A DNA stretch of 63,706 nucleotides, counting the filler, from Hausera hauseri (taxonomy: Eukaryota), in assembly GCA_046269625.1 (NCBI GenBank). It is 8 parts of 8 records of this genome, joined end to end, with 100 filler letters (N's around TTAATTAATTAA, not from the genome) between each part and the next. Parts side by side here need not be neighbours in the genome. Positions count along the whole stretch, not along the records: positions 24,283 to 47,891 come from JBJURY010022229.1; 7 more parts are not named here. One strand, written 5' to 3'. The notes below the pieces were generated by a model. It was not told the origin of the DNA. It worked only from the letters and a program-made list of their open reading frames with translations, and searched no databases. The translations under genes and the position numbers were made by a program. Positions within the stretch are counted from its first letter, which is position 1. Every line of letters starts with the position of its first letter. Positions 34,301-46,300 of this stretch are shown one piece after another.

Positions 34301-37300
34301 CATTGGCAGGGCTGCTCGACCCGACGGGTTGCACCACGGCGGTCAGCGTGTGTGCGCCATCCGACAGGCTGCTGGGGGGCGTAAAACTCCACGACAGGCC
34401 ATTCGTGGTTGCTACACCCCGCTTGGTGTCGCCTTCATAAATCGCCACCTCTTCCCCCGCACTCAGCGCCGCCCTCAGGGTGCCCGAAATGCCCGGGGTA
34501 TTGTCGCGCGTGTTGATGGACTGCGAATAGTCCACTGTTGCCCCGAGCGTGAACGCCCCGGCGGCAAAGGTATCCACCTGCCCGGTATTGACTATATCCA
34601 CCACGGAAACCTTGGCCATATCGGAGCGGGTCGCGAAAGTAGAGGCCAGCGCCTCACCCGAAGTCCCCATGCTGCTCTGCGAGAGGTAAATGGCGTTTTT
34701 GTTGGATTGCTGTTGCCGGCCCGACTCTTGCCGCGCCGTATAGACGACACGGCTCACGTCATACACCGCCCCCAGATCCACCTGCAGCCATTGACCCGTG
34801 CCATAGGTCGCTGCTGATGATTGATAGCCAGTATCTCCTCCAGTAGTCGTTGTGGTTTTGCCATCTACCGCCCCTGCGGGGGCCCAGTCGGCACTGTAAG
34901 AACCCTGCTGACCAATGGTTACGGTCTTGTTCAGTGCCACATTGGTACCGTTCTTGTCATACACTGCCAGTTCGCTAAAAGCCAGCCAGTTATCGATGTC
35001 GCCGGCGTTCGCGGTAAGGGTGTCCTTCTTCACCATCACATAGCGCGCCTTGATGGTCTCGACAATGGCCGTGGCATCTATCAAAAACTGGCCGACCAGT
35101 GATGCGACGACTTGCCCCGTCTTCGTCACATTTGTGACTGAATATTTGGCAACATCGCTGCGCGCAGCAAAATTGCTGGCCAGCGCCTGACCCGAAACAC
35201 CCATGCTGGTTTGCGACATATAAATGGCGTTGTTGTTGGATCTCTCTGGCCCATTAGGTGGCCGCGCCGTATAGACGACACTGCTCACGTCATATACGGC
35301 CCCCAGATCCACCTGCAGCCATTGACCAGTTCCAGAAGTGCCAGCTAATGCGGTATCTGGGTAATAGAAACTACTTGCATCGCCATCTACCACCTTCCCG
35401 GGTGCATAGCTGGTACTACTGTCAGAACCCTGCTGACCAACGGTTACGGTCTTGTTCAGTGCCACATTGGTACCGTCCTTGTCATACACCGCTATCTCGC
35501 TGAAACTCAGCTCATCATTACTGCCAGTGACGACTTCCTTCTTCACCATTACATAACGCGCCTTGAAAGTGGTCATTTTGGTGGAATCCACCGTGACATT
35601 GGTGCCGCTCACGTTATCGGTCACGTTCTGCGTGGTGACGACGTTTTGCACCGTATAGGGCTGCACCGGTGACGACGTGCTCACCGCGATGCCAGCAGAT
35701 GTTTCCACCCGCACCGTCAGATTGTGCAGGCCGATAGCCAGCGCCGTTGAGACGGTATAACTCCAGTTGTACTTGCCGTTGACCGCTGTGGCCTGTACCG
35801 CTGCATTGCCCAGACGGGTGGTGCCGTCATACACTGCCAGCACGTTGGTGCCGGAGAGTGGCGCATCCAGCGTGCCGTTCAACACCGGCATGGTGTCGTC
35901 GGTGCTGCCAAAAGTGGTGAAAGTGCCTGTGGTGGAACCCCGGATGCTCACATCATCCACATAGTTCAGGATTTTGGCACCATAGATATCCACCGTGACC
36001 GTGACCGTGCCGGTATTGCCCTGGTTACCCGCCTGATCAAAGTAACTGATGGCCACCGTGCGATCGCCCTGGGTGGCAGTGGCTGTCGTTTTGAACAGAA
36101 TGCCGGTAACCACACTCGCCACATCGGCAGCAGCAAACGCGCCGCTTGCCTTCGTCAGTTGCAACTGCCGGCTGGCAGCCGTGTAGGTATAGTTCACCGA
36201 TACCCCCCCAACCGTTGCCGTACCGCTGGCATCAGTGCCCAGTGACAGGTCGCTGCCGATCACCAGCTTGTCGTTGGCAGTATCCAGCATGGCACCACCC
36301 ATCACCAGTCGTATGGTAGCAATAGTATCAGCCGCGCCAGGCTCTTGTGCGCCACTGGCCACTGCTTTGCCCGCCGAGGCCTCGGTGGCATTCACGGTGA
36401 TCGCTGCTGTTGTCTGCACCCCGGTGCTGCCGCTCAAGTCCACCCCGTCAGGTAACGTGGTATCGATGACCAGAGTGCGGTTATTGCTCAGGTTTGCCCC
36501 CGTCGGGAGAGCAACATTCAGCGCATTGCCCGCCGGGTCTTTGGGTGCCGCAGCACCCGAGCCGGCAGTGAATGATGAGACGGTGAGGCTCGGGTTATTG
36601 CGCCCTGCCCCCACCACATAAGTGCCAACCAGGGTGGTGCTGTTGTTCCCGTCCGCGGTCAATAGCACGGTATCACCGGTATTCAGCAGGGCAGTCAGGG
36701 TGCCGCCAGCGGCAATGGGTGCACTGGTAGTCACGGTGATGTTGATGCTGCTCCCCGCCTTGTACGCACCGTTGACCGTGGTGGAGTTGATCTTGGTGAT
36801 GGTAGGCGGCACCGAATATACCGACACATCCAGCGTATTGCTGCTCACCGCACGGGCGTTGCCCAGAGCGGTTTCACCCTGGGCTTGCACCACGGCACGC
36901 AAGGCATGCGTGCCATCGGTCAAGGCCGTACCCGGCGTGAAAGTCCAACTGGTGCCGCTCACCGTGGCCGTACCCAGACGGGTGGCACCGTCATATATGG
37001 CCAGCTCTTCGTTTAGCGCCATTGCCGTGCCGATTGCGCCGGAAATGGTCGGGGTTGTATCTTTGGTCGCTATGGCGTACGCACGGGTGGCCGTGTTGCC
37101 GATGGTCAGATCGCTGGCATTCCAGACCCGCATGGTCGCGTCTCCGTCATTAACAGCCCCCAGCGCCACCGTGGACACATCCGTGCGGGATGACAGGTCG
37201 GCCGGTAATGCCTGACCCGATGTACCCATGACGTTCCGGCTCATCAGCATGATGACATTGCCAGACTGGTGCTGTGACCCGTCGCCGCGCGGGTAGTAAT

Positions 37301-40300
37301 TGACCTTCTTGATGTCATATACTGCACCCAGATCCACCTGTATCCACCCCAGCGCGTTATCGCTGACGTAACCGGACTGCGATCCGGTAGTACCATCCAC
37401 CGCCTTGGCCGGTTCAAAACCGGTACCCAGACTGCCCTTGGCCACAACCGTCGCATTCAGGGCGCGATTCACACCCTCCCGGTCAATCACTTCCAGTTCC
37501 CGCACTGCCAGATAACTGTCACCCCCGGCCATGGTGTCTTTTCGTATCAACACATAACGCGCACTCATGTAAAGATCTCCGGACACAACCGTGGTTGACG
37601 GGGAAGCGGTGTCATCGACCAGGCTGGCGGTAGACGATACGGTTTGCACCACATAATTCCTGGCTTCTGAATACGTGCTGACCGCAGCCCCGGCAGACGT
37701 TTCCACCCGGATTTTTGTTACATGGGTGCCTACCGTCCAGTTGGAGGTGGCGGTGTAGGTCCAGTTGTATTTGCCGCCCACCGCTGTAGTCGCCACGGTT
37801 GCCGTACCCAGCCTGGTGGCACCGTCATATACCGCCAGCACGTTTCCACCGGTCAGGGGAGCATCGAGCGTGCCATTCAAGGTAGGTGCCAACTGGTCGG
37901 TACTGCCAAAGGTGGTGAATGTGCCAGTCGCCGACCCCCCGGTATTGGTGTTGTCCGTATAGCTGGTAATGGTAGGAACATAACTGTCTACCTTGGCGGT
38001 GACCACCCCGGCATTGCTGCTGTTGCCGGCGGCATCCAGATAGTTGATGGTGATGACACGATCGCCAATGGTCGTGGAGGCGGTTTTGAGCTGTATGCTG
38101 TTCAGTATGCTTTTGACATCGGCAACAGCCAGGGCGGCGCTGTCGCTACGGCTGATGGTCAGCACCTTGCCGGTGGCATCATATTGATATTGCAAGCCGC
38201 TGACCCCGCCTATCGCCAGGCTGGTATTGCTGGAGCTGGTACCCAGGGTGGGCGTGTCGCTCCCCACCACCAGCTTGTCATTTGTGCTGTCTATGGTGCC
38301 CGTAATCGCCAGCGTCAACCGCGTGATGTCGCTGGAGGTTGATGCTGGTGCCTGCAACGAGGCAGCAATGGCCTTGCCTGCTGATGCTTCCGTACTGTTC
38401 AGCGTAACGGTGCTGGTAGCCTGGACGCCGTCGGCCGAATCCAGATCAACGGCGCTGGGTGCTATGGTATCCACCTTCAGCGTTACCGTGCCGGCAGCAC
38501 CCGATGTATTGGCCGCATTGCTATAGGTAATGTCCACGGTGCGATCGCCCTGCGTGGTACTGGTGGTCTTGAACTGGATGGCCGAAACGATGCCGTTGAT
38601 CGTGCTGTTGGTGAACGCCCCGCCACCGTTTTTGGTGATGACCAACTTTTTGGCCGCGCTGTCGTAACTGTAATCAACCGTGACACCCCCCAGCGACTTG
38701 CCGGTAGCAGTTGCATTGGCATTCAGGGATACGCTCACATCCAGCACCAGCTTGTCGTTGACCGCATCGAACCAGGTACCCCCCAGTGCCAGCGTGATTT
38801 TGGTGATATTGGGTGCAAACGGCGCTTGCAAACCGGGGGCAATGCCCTTGCCAGCAGAGGCTTCTGTGGCGTTCACCGTGAGTTGGGCGCTTGCCTGCGT
38901 ACCCGATGTTGAAGCCAGATCAACATCATCTGGGGTGGCAAAGCTTAAAGTCAGGGTGCTCACGCCCTGCGTGCCCGCATTAGCGTTAATATCCGTGTAA
39001 TTGATAGTGAAAGTGCGGTCGCCCGCCGTGGTGCTGGTGGTTTTGAAAATCAACCCTTGCACCAGGCTGCCCACCTGGGCACCGGTAAACACACCACCGC
39101 CATTTTTGGTCAACACCAGCTTACCGCTACTGGCGGTGTAGGTGTAGTCAACACCGGCAATACTTGCCACGGTCTTGTTGGTGCCCGTGGCGTTGGCGTT
39201 GAGCGCCAAGGCCACATCCAGCACCAGCTTGTCATTGGCCGCATCAAAATTGGTACCGGCAACCACGACGCTGATGGTACTGATGTCGCTATCCGACGGC
39301 GCGGCAAGCTTGGACGCAATGGACTGGTTACCCGAAGCAGCCTGGGATGCCGTCATCGTCACGGATGCCGTAGCCTGGGCACCAGTGGTGTTATTGTCCA
39401 GATCCACCGCATCGGGTGCTTTGGTATCTACCGTCACAGTAACCGTGCCGGCGTCACCCTGATTACCCGCAGCATCCTGATAGTTCACGGCAACCGTGCG
39501 GTCGCCCGGCGTGGCATTGGCCGCCGTTTTGAACTTGATTGCCGAAACGATGGTACTCACATCGGCAGCAGAGAATGTCCCACCGCCATTTTTGGTGATC
39601 AGCAAAGTTTTGCTGGCCGTCGTGTAGCTGTAATCCACCGCCACCCCACCCACCGTTTTGTTGGTGGCGGTCGTGCCGGCACTGAACGCCACATCGGCAT
39701 CGAGTACCAGCTTGTCGTTACTGCTGTCAAAGTTTGTTCCACCCATGACCAGGGTGATCCTGGTCACGTCAGCGCTGGTATTGGTGAGGAGCAGTGGCGT
39801 GAGTGTCTTGCCATTGGTTGCATCTGTCGCGTTGACAACGACGGTGCTGGTTGCCTGCACCCCTGTGGTGTTCTTGTCCAGGTCTATGGCATTGGGCGCG
39901 GTGGTGTCAAGCGTCATGGTCACCGTGCCAGAGGCACCGGAATTGCCTGCGGAGTCGAAATACTGGAGAGTGGCGGTACGGTCACCCTGTGTGGTGCTGG
40001 CAGACTTGAACTTGATGGCAGAAACCAGGGCCTTAACGTCTGCCGCAGCAAACGAACCGCCACCGTTCTTGGTCACGGTCAACAGTTTGGTGCTGCTGTT
40101 GTAAGTGTAATCCACGGTGATACCACCCAGAGTCTTGCTGGTTGCCGTGGCATTGGCATTGAGTGCCAAATCGGCATCCATGACCAGCTTGTCGTTGGCC
40201 GAATCAAAACCTGTCCCCCCCAGCGTCAGCTTGACGGTAGAAATGATCGAGACTGTAGGCAATGCCAATGCCGGTGTGATGACTTTGCCGGCACTTGCCT

Positions 40301-43300
40301 CGGTGGCATTGACCATCATGGTGGCCGAGGCCTGGGTGCCAGTGGTGTCCTTGTCCAGATCAATCGCATCGGGCACTACCGTGGACAGGGACACCGTCGC
40401 AGTACCGCCTGTGCCCGCGTTGCCCGCAAGATCAATGTACTTGATTGCAATGGTGCGGTCGCCCGAATTACTGCTGGTGGACTTGAACTTGAGCGCCGCC
40501 ACAATGGCACTGACATTGGCAGCACTGAACGCCCCGCCGCCGTTTTTGGTCAGCGCCAGGGTTTTACTGGTCGTCGTGTAACTGTAATCCACTGCCACCC
40601 CACCCACCGTTTTGTTGGTGGCGGTAGCGTTGGCATTGAGTGCCATATCGGCATCGAGTACCAGCTTGTCGTTGCTGGTATCGATCGAGCTGCCGGAGAT
40701 CACCAGCTGAATCGTGCCAATGTCGGTAGCCGAGGGCGTTGCAATCAGGGGGGCAACCGCCTTGCCGGTAGATGCCTCGCTGGCATTCACGGTCACGCTG
40801 GAGGCAGCCTGGGTGCCAGTGGTGTCCTTGTCCAGATCAACCGCATCGGGCACCTTGGTATCCACATTCACCGTAATCACACCAGAATCGCTGGCGTTTC
40901 CGCTGGCATCGAGATAACTCACCGTCACCGTGCGCGCCCCTTGCGTAGCGCTGGTAGCCGTGTTGAACTTGATCGCGGCCAGCACTTTGCTGACATCAGC
41001 AGCAGTGGAAAACGCTGCACCCGCCGCCTTGGTGATGAGCAAGATCTTGTCGGCAGAGCTGTAATTGTAATTGACCGTCACTCCACCGACTGCCTTGCCG
41101 CTGCCGCTAACATTGCTGTTCAACGACAGATCAGCATCCAGCGTCAACTTGTCGTTGGTGGTATCCAGCCCGGCACCCGCCAGTGACAAACGTATGCTGG
41201 TAATATCGGTTGAAGTGGGCGCGGCAATGAGAGGCGCAATGGCCTTGCCGCTCGTAGCGTCCGCAATATTGAAACTGACCGAAGATGTATTTTGCGTGCC
41301 TGTCGTCGTGTTATCCAGATCAACTGCGGTCGGGACGCCGGTATCCACCTTGAGCGTGACCACACCCGCATCCCCGGCATTGCCCACCGGGTCAAGATAG
41401 GTCAAGGTTACGCTGCGGTCACCCTGCGTGGCATTGGACGCCGTTTTGAACTTGATTGCCTTCACAATGTTGGCAACCTGTGCAGCCGTAAACACACTCC
41501 CGCCCGACTTGGATATGGTGATCGTATTGCTACTGGTGCTGAACACATAATCTATCGTCGTGCCACCAAAGGAACGGTTAGTGGTGGTCAGGTTGGCGTT
41601 GAGCGCAACATCAACATCGAGCAGCAGCTTGTCGTTGGCAGAATCAAACCCGGTGCCCGAAAAAGCCAGCGTGACTTTGGCAATTTCGGCACTTGTAGGT
41701 GTCTGCAAAGCAGACGCAATAACCTTGCCGGTTCCGGCTTCCGTGGCATTCACGGTCACCGTAGCGGCATTCTGCGTGCCGGTAGTGGCGTTATCCAGGT
41801 CTACATTGTCGGGCTTTACCGTATCCACCGTGATGGTGGCAACACCCGAAGTCCCCGCGTTACTGGCAGCATCGAGATAGCTGATGGTGGCCGTACGGTC
41901 ACCCTGGGTGGCACCCGATGCCGCTGTTTTAAACTTGACCGCAGCGCCAACGGCACTCACCTGTGCCCCAGTGAATACCCCCCCGCCATTTTTGGTAATC
42001 AGCAAGGTTTTAGTGGTACTGTCATAGCTGTAATCCACCGCCGTACCACCCACCGTTTTGTTGGAGGCGGTCGCGTTGGTGCTGAGTGCCACATCGGCAT
42101 CGAGCACCAGCTTGTCATTGGCAGTATCCAGACCGGTTCCCGCAAACACCATGCGTAGCGTGGTAATGTCCGTAGAGCTGGGTTGCTGCAACTGTGGGGC
42201 TATCGCCTTGCCGGCAGTGGCTTCTGTGGCATTGATTGTGACAGTAGAGGTCGCTTGTGTGCCACCCAGCGAGTCAAGGTCAACGGCGGAGGGTGCTGTG
42301 GTATCCAGTGTCAGGGTCACCGTGGCAGAGGCTTCCCCTACATTGCCTGCCAGATCGAGATAATTGATGCTGAGCTTGCGATCACCCTGTGTGGTGCTGG
42401 TGGTCTTGAACAAAATACCCGAGACGATTTTCACCACATCGGCCGAACTAATGGCCGTGTTTGGCGTAGTCTGGCCGATCTCCAGCGTCTTGCTGGATGC
42501 CGTATAGGTGTAATTCAATGCAGAAACCCCGCCTACCGTCACATTGGTGGCCGTGCTGTTCGCTGCCAGATTCAGGCTCGTATCCAGCACCAGCTTGTCG
42601 TTGGTGGTATCCCAGCCTGTACCCAGAGTGATTCTGATCGTACCCAGATCCGTATCGGTCGAGGATGCAATCAACGGCGCGATAGACTTGCCATTCGTCG
42701 TATCGGCTGTACCCAGCATTACAGAAGCAGTCGCCTGCGCCCCTTGGGTGTTCTTGTCCAGATCAACCGCCAGAGGCAACACGGTATCCACCGCAATCGT
42801 CACCACACCAGAAGCCCCGGTGTTATCCACCGCATCAGCATACGTAATGGTCGCGGTTCGGTTGCCTTGTGTTGCACCGCTAGCTGCCGTTTTAAAGCTG
42901 ATACCCGCCACGATATTGTCGATGGTTGTGTTGGTGAACGCTCCGCCGCCGTTTTTGGTGAGTTCCAGCGTTTTGCTGGATGCCGTATAGGTGTAGTTCA
43001 CTCCAGTAACACCCCCAATGGTGACATTGCTGCCCGTTTTATTCGCATTGACCGGTGCATCGGCATCCAGCACCAGCTTGTCATTCTCGGTATCTATGGT
43101 GCCACCCAGCACCAGGGTCACCTTGGTGATGGTCGTGCTGGTGGGTTCTTGTATGTTGGGGGCTATTGCCTTGCCGGCAGGTGCCTCGGTTGCGTTTACC
43201 CGTACGGTATCGGTAGCGTCGATACCTGATGCGGCCTTCAGATCCACATCATTGGGTTTTACGGTTCTGACATTGATGGTCACTGTACCCGCGGTACCCG

Positions 43301-46300
43301 TGTTGCCGACAGCATCGGCATAATTGATGGATACCGTGCGATCGCTCTGAGTAGCACTGGAGGTCGTCTTGAACTTGATCGCAGACAACACGCTGGCAAC
43401 CTCAGCCTTCGTAAAGACGACAGGTGCCGAGGTTGTGTATTTGGTCAACGTGAGCACCTTGCTGGATGCCGTATAGGTATAGCTCACCCCGGTAATACCC
43501 CCAATCGTGACATTGCTGCCCGTTTTATCCGCATTGACCGGTGCATCGACATCCAGCACCAGCTTGTCGTTGGCGGTATCTACCCCGCTCAGGGCTACGG
43601 CAAGACTGGTAATGTCGTCGGCGGTTGGTGCCTGTATCTTCGGCGCAATCGCCTTGCCCGCAGACGCTTCTGCCGCGTTCAGCGAGATCGTGGCGGTAGC
43701 CTGGGTGCCCGTCGTCACATTATCCAGATCAACCGCATCCGGGACGCCGGTATCCACCTTGATGGTCACCGCACCAGAGGCCCCGGCGTTACCGGCGGCA
43801 TCCAGATAGCTCAGGGTTGCAACGCGATCACCCTGGGTTGCCCCACTGCCTGCCGTTTTGAATTTGAGTGCGGCGGCAATGCTGCCCACCTGCGCGGCGC
43901 TAAACACTCCGCCACCATTCTTGCTCAATACCAGTGTTTTGCTGGAGGCGGTATAGACGTAATCCACCCCGGATATTCCACCGACGGTTTTATTCAGCAC
44001 ATTGTCACTGTTACTGAGCAGGCCAACATCAGCATCCAGCACCAGTTTGTCATTCGTGGTATCCAGCGTTCCGCTCAGCACCAGCTTGATTTGCGCAATG
44101 TCGCTGGATGCCGGTGCCTGCAACTGCGGTGCAATCACCTTGCCGGTAGATGCCTCCGTCGCATTCACGGTCACCGTAGCGGTATCCTGGGTGCCTGTTG
44201 CCGTGCCCAGGTCTACGCCGCTGGGGGCATCCGTATCCACCGTGACCGTTACCGTACCCTCAGACCCCGTGTTGCCCGCTATATCGGTATAACTGAATGT
44301 GGCGGTACGATCACCCTGGGTGGCACCACTGGCTGCTGTTTTGAACTTGATACCGGCAACCAGTGTGGCAACCTGCGCCACAGACAGCGCCCCGCCACCA
44401 TTCTTGCTCAATACCAGTGTTTTGCTGGCGGCGGTATAGGTGTAATCCACCCCGGAGACCCCGGCAACCGTTACATTGGTAGCCGTCTTGTCCGTGCCCA
44501 CCGAGGCATCGGCATCGAGCACCAGCTTGTCATTGGTGGTATCCATGGTGCCACCCAACACCAGCTTGATACTGGCAATATCAGTCTCCGAAGGTGTCTG
44601 CACCTTCGATGCAATAGCCTTGCCGGTAGATGCCTCAGCCGCATTCACGATTACGGATGAACTGGCCTGTGTGCCGTTCGCCGCATCAAAATCAACACCC
44701 GCAGGTGCAACTGTATCCACCGTAATGGTCACAACCCCGGCGGTACTGTTGTTGCCCGCCTCATCGGCATACTTGATGGTGGCCGTGCGATCACCCTGGG
44801 TGGCACCCGATGCCAGCGTCTTGAACTTGATAGCACTGACCATGGCACTCACATTATTGGCCGGGGAGAAAACGCCCCCGCCATTTTTGGTCAGCGTGAG
44901 CGTCTTGCTCGTGCTGTCGTATTGATAGTCCACACCCGTCACCCCATTGATGGTTTTGTTCAGCACCTTGCCCGTGGTGCTGCTGGCCAGACTCAAGTCT
45001 GCATCGAGCACCAGTTTGTCATTCTTGGTATCCAGCGTACCACCCAGTACCAGGGTCACTGTGGTAATGTCAGTCGCCACCGGCTGCTGTATGGTGGACG
45101 CAATCGCCTTGCCATTCGGGGCCTCCGCAGCATTCACCATCACGGTCGAGGTGCCCTGTGTACCGGTTGCCGCCAGTAAATCCACGGCATCGGGGGCAGT
45201 GGTATCCACTTTGATCGTAACCGCGCCTGACGTGCCGGCATTTTTCGCCAGATCAATATACGTAATCGTTGCCACACGATCCCCCTGAGAAGCATCGGTT
45301 GTGGTTTTGAACTTGATGGCAGCCGCAATGGCACTGACATTGGCAGCACTGAACGCTCCGCCGCCGTTTTTGGTGAGTTCCAGCGTTTTGCTGGATGCCG
45401 TATAGGTGTAGTTCACCCCGGTAACACTCCCAATGGTGACATTGCTGCCCGTTTTATTCGTATTGACCGGCGCATCGGCATCGAGCACCAGCTTGTCTTT
45501 GGTGCTGTCTATGGTACCGCTCAATACCAGTTTGATGGTGCCAATGTCGTCGACAGCAGGGGTCTGGATATTGGGTGCAATCACCTTGCCCACCGGAGCT
45601 TCTGCCGCATTCATCATCACCGTGACAGCGGCCTGGGTGAGCGTTGCTGCATCCAGATCAACGGCAGAGGGTGCTATGGTATCCAGCGTCAGGGTGCTCA
45701 CCGCCGCCGTGCCGGCGTTGCCAGAGACATTGATATAACTGATCGTCACCGTGCGGTCGCCCTGCGTGGTGCTGGTGGTCTTGAACAGGATGCTGTTCAC
45801 GATATCGTCCACCTTGGTGTTATCGAGCGCGCCGCCACCGGCCTTGCTGATCACCAGCGTTTTGGTAGCGGCCGTGTAGGTATAGTCAACATTGACTCCC
45901 ACGATGGCCGTGTTCGTTGCTGTCTTGTTGGCATTGAGCGGCACGGAAGCACCCGCCAGTACCAGCAGATCATTGGCCGCATCCAGCGAGGTACCCGCCA
46001 GCACCAGCTTGATGCTGGCAATGTCAGTGGCAACAGGCTCGGCAATGGCCGGAGCTATCGATTTACCCGATGAGGCATCAGCCGCATTGAATATCACAGA
46101 ACCGCTGGCTTGTGTACCACTGGTCACGTTATCCAGATCAACCGCATCAGGCACTGCTATGGCCAGGTTGATTGTAATCAGCGCTGCACTACCGCCATTA
46201 CCGGCCAGATCGGTATAGTTCACCGTGACGGTACGTTCACCGGAGGTGGTACTGGCGCTCTTGAACTTGAGGCCAGAAACGATACCACTCACATCGGCAG

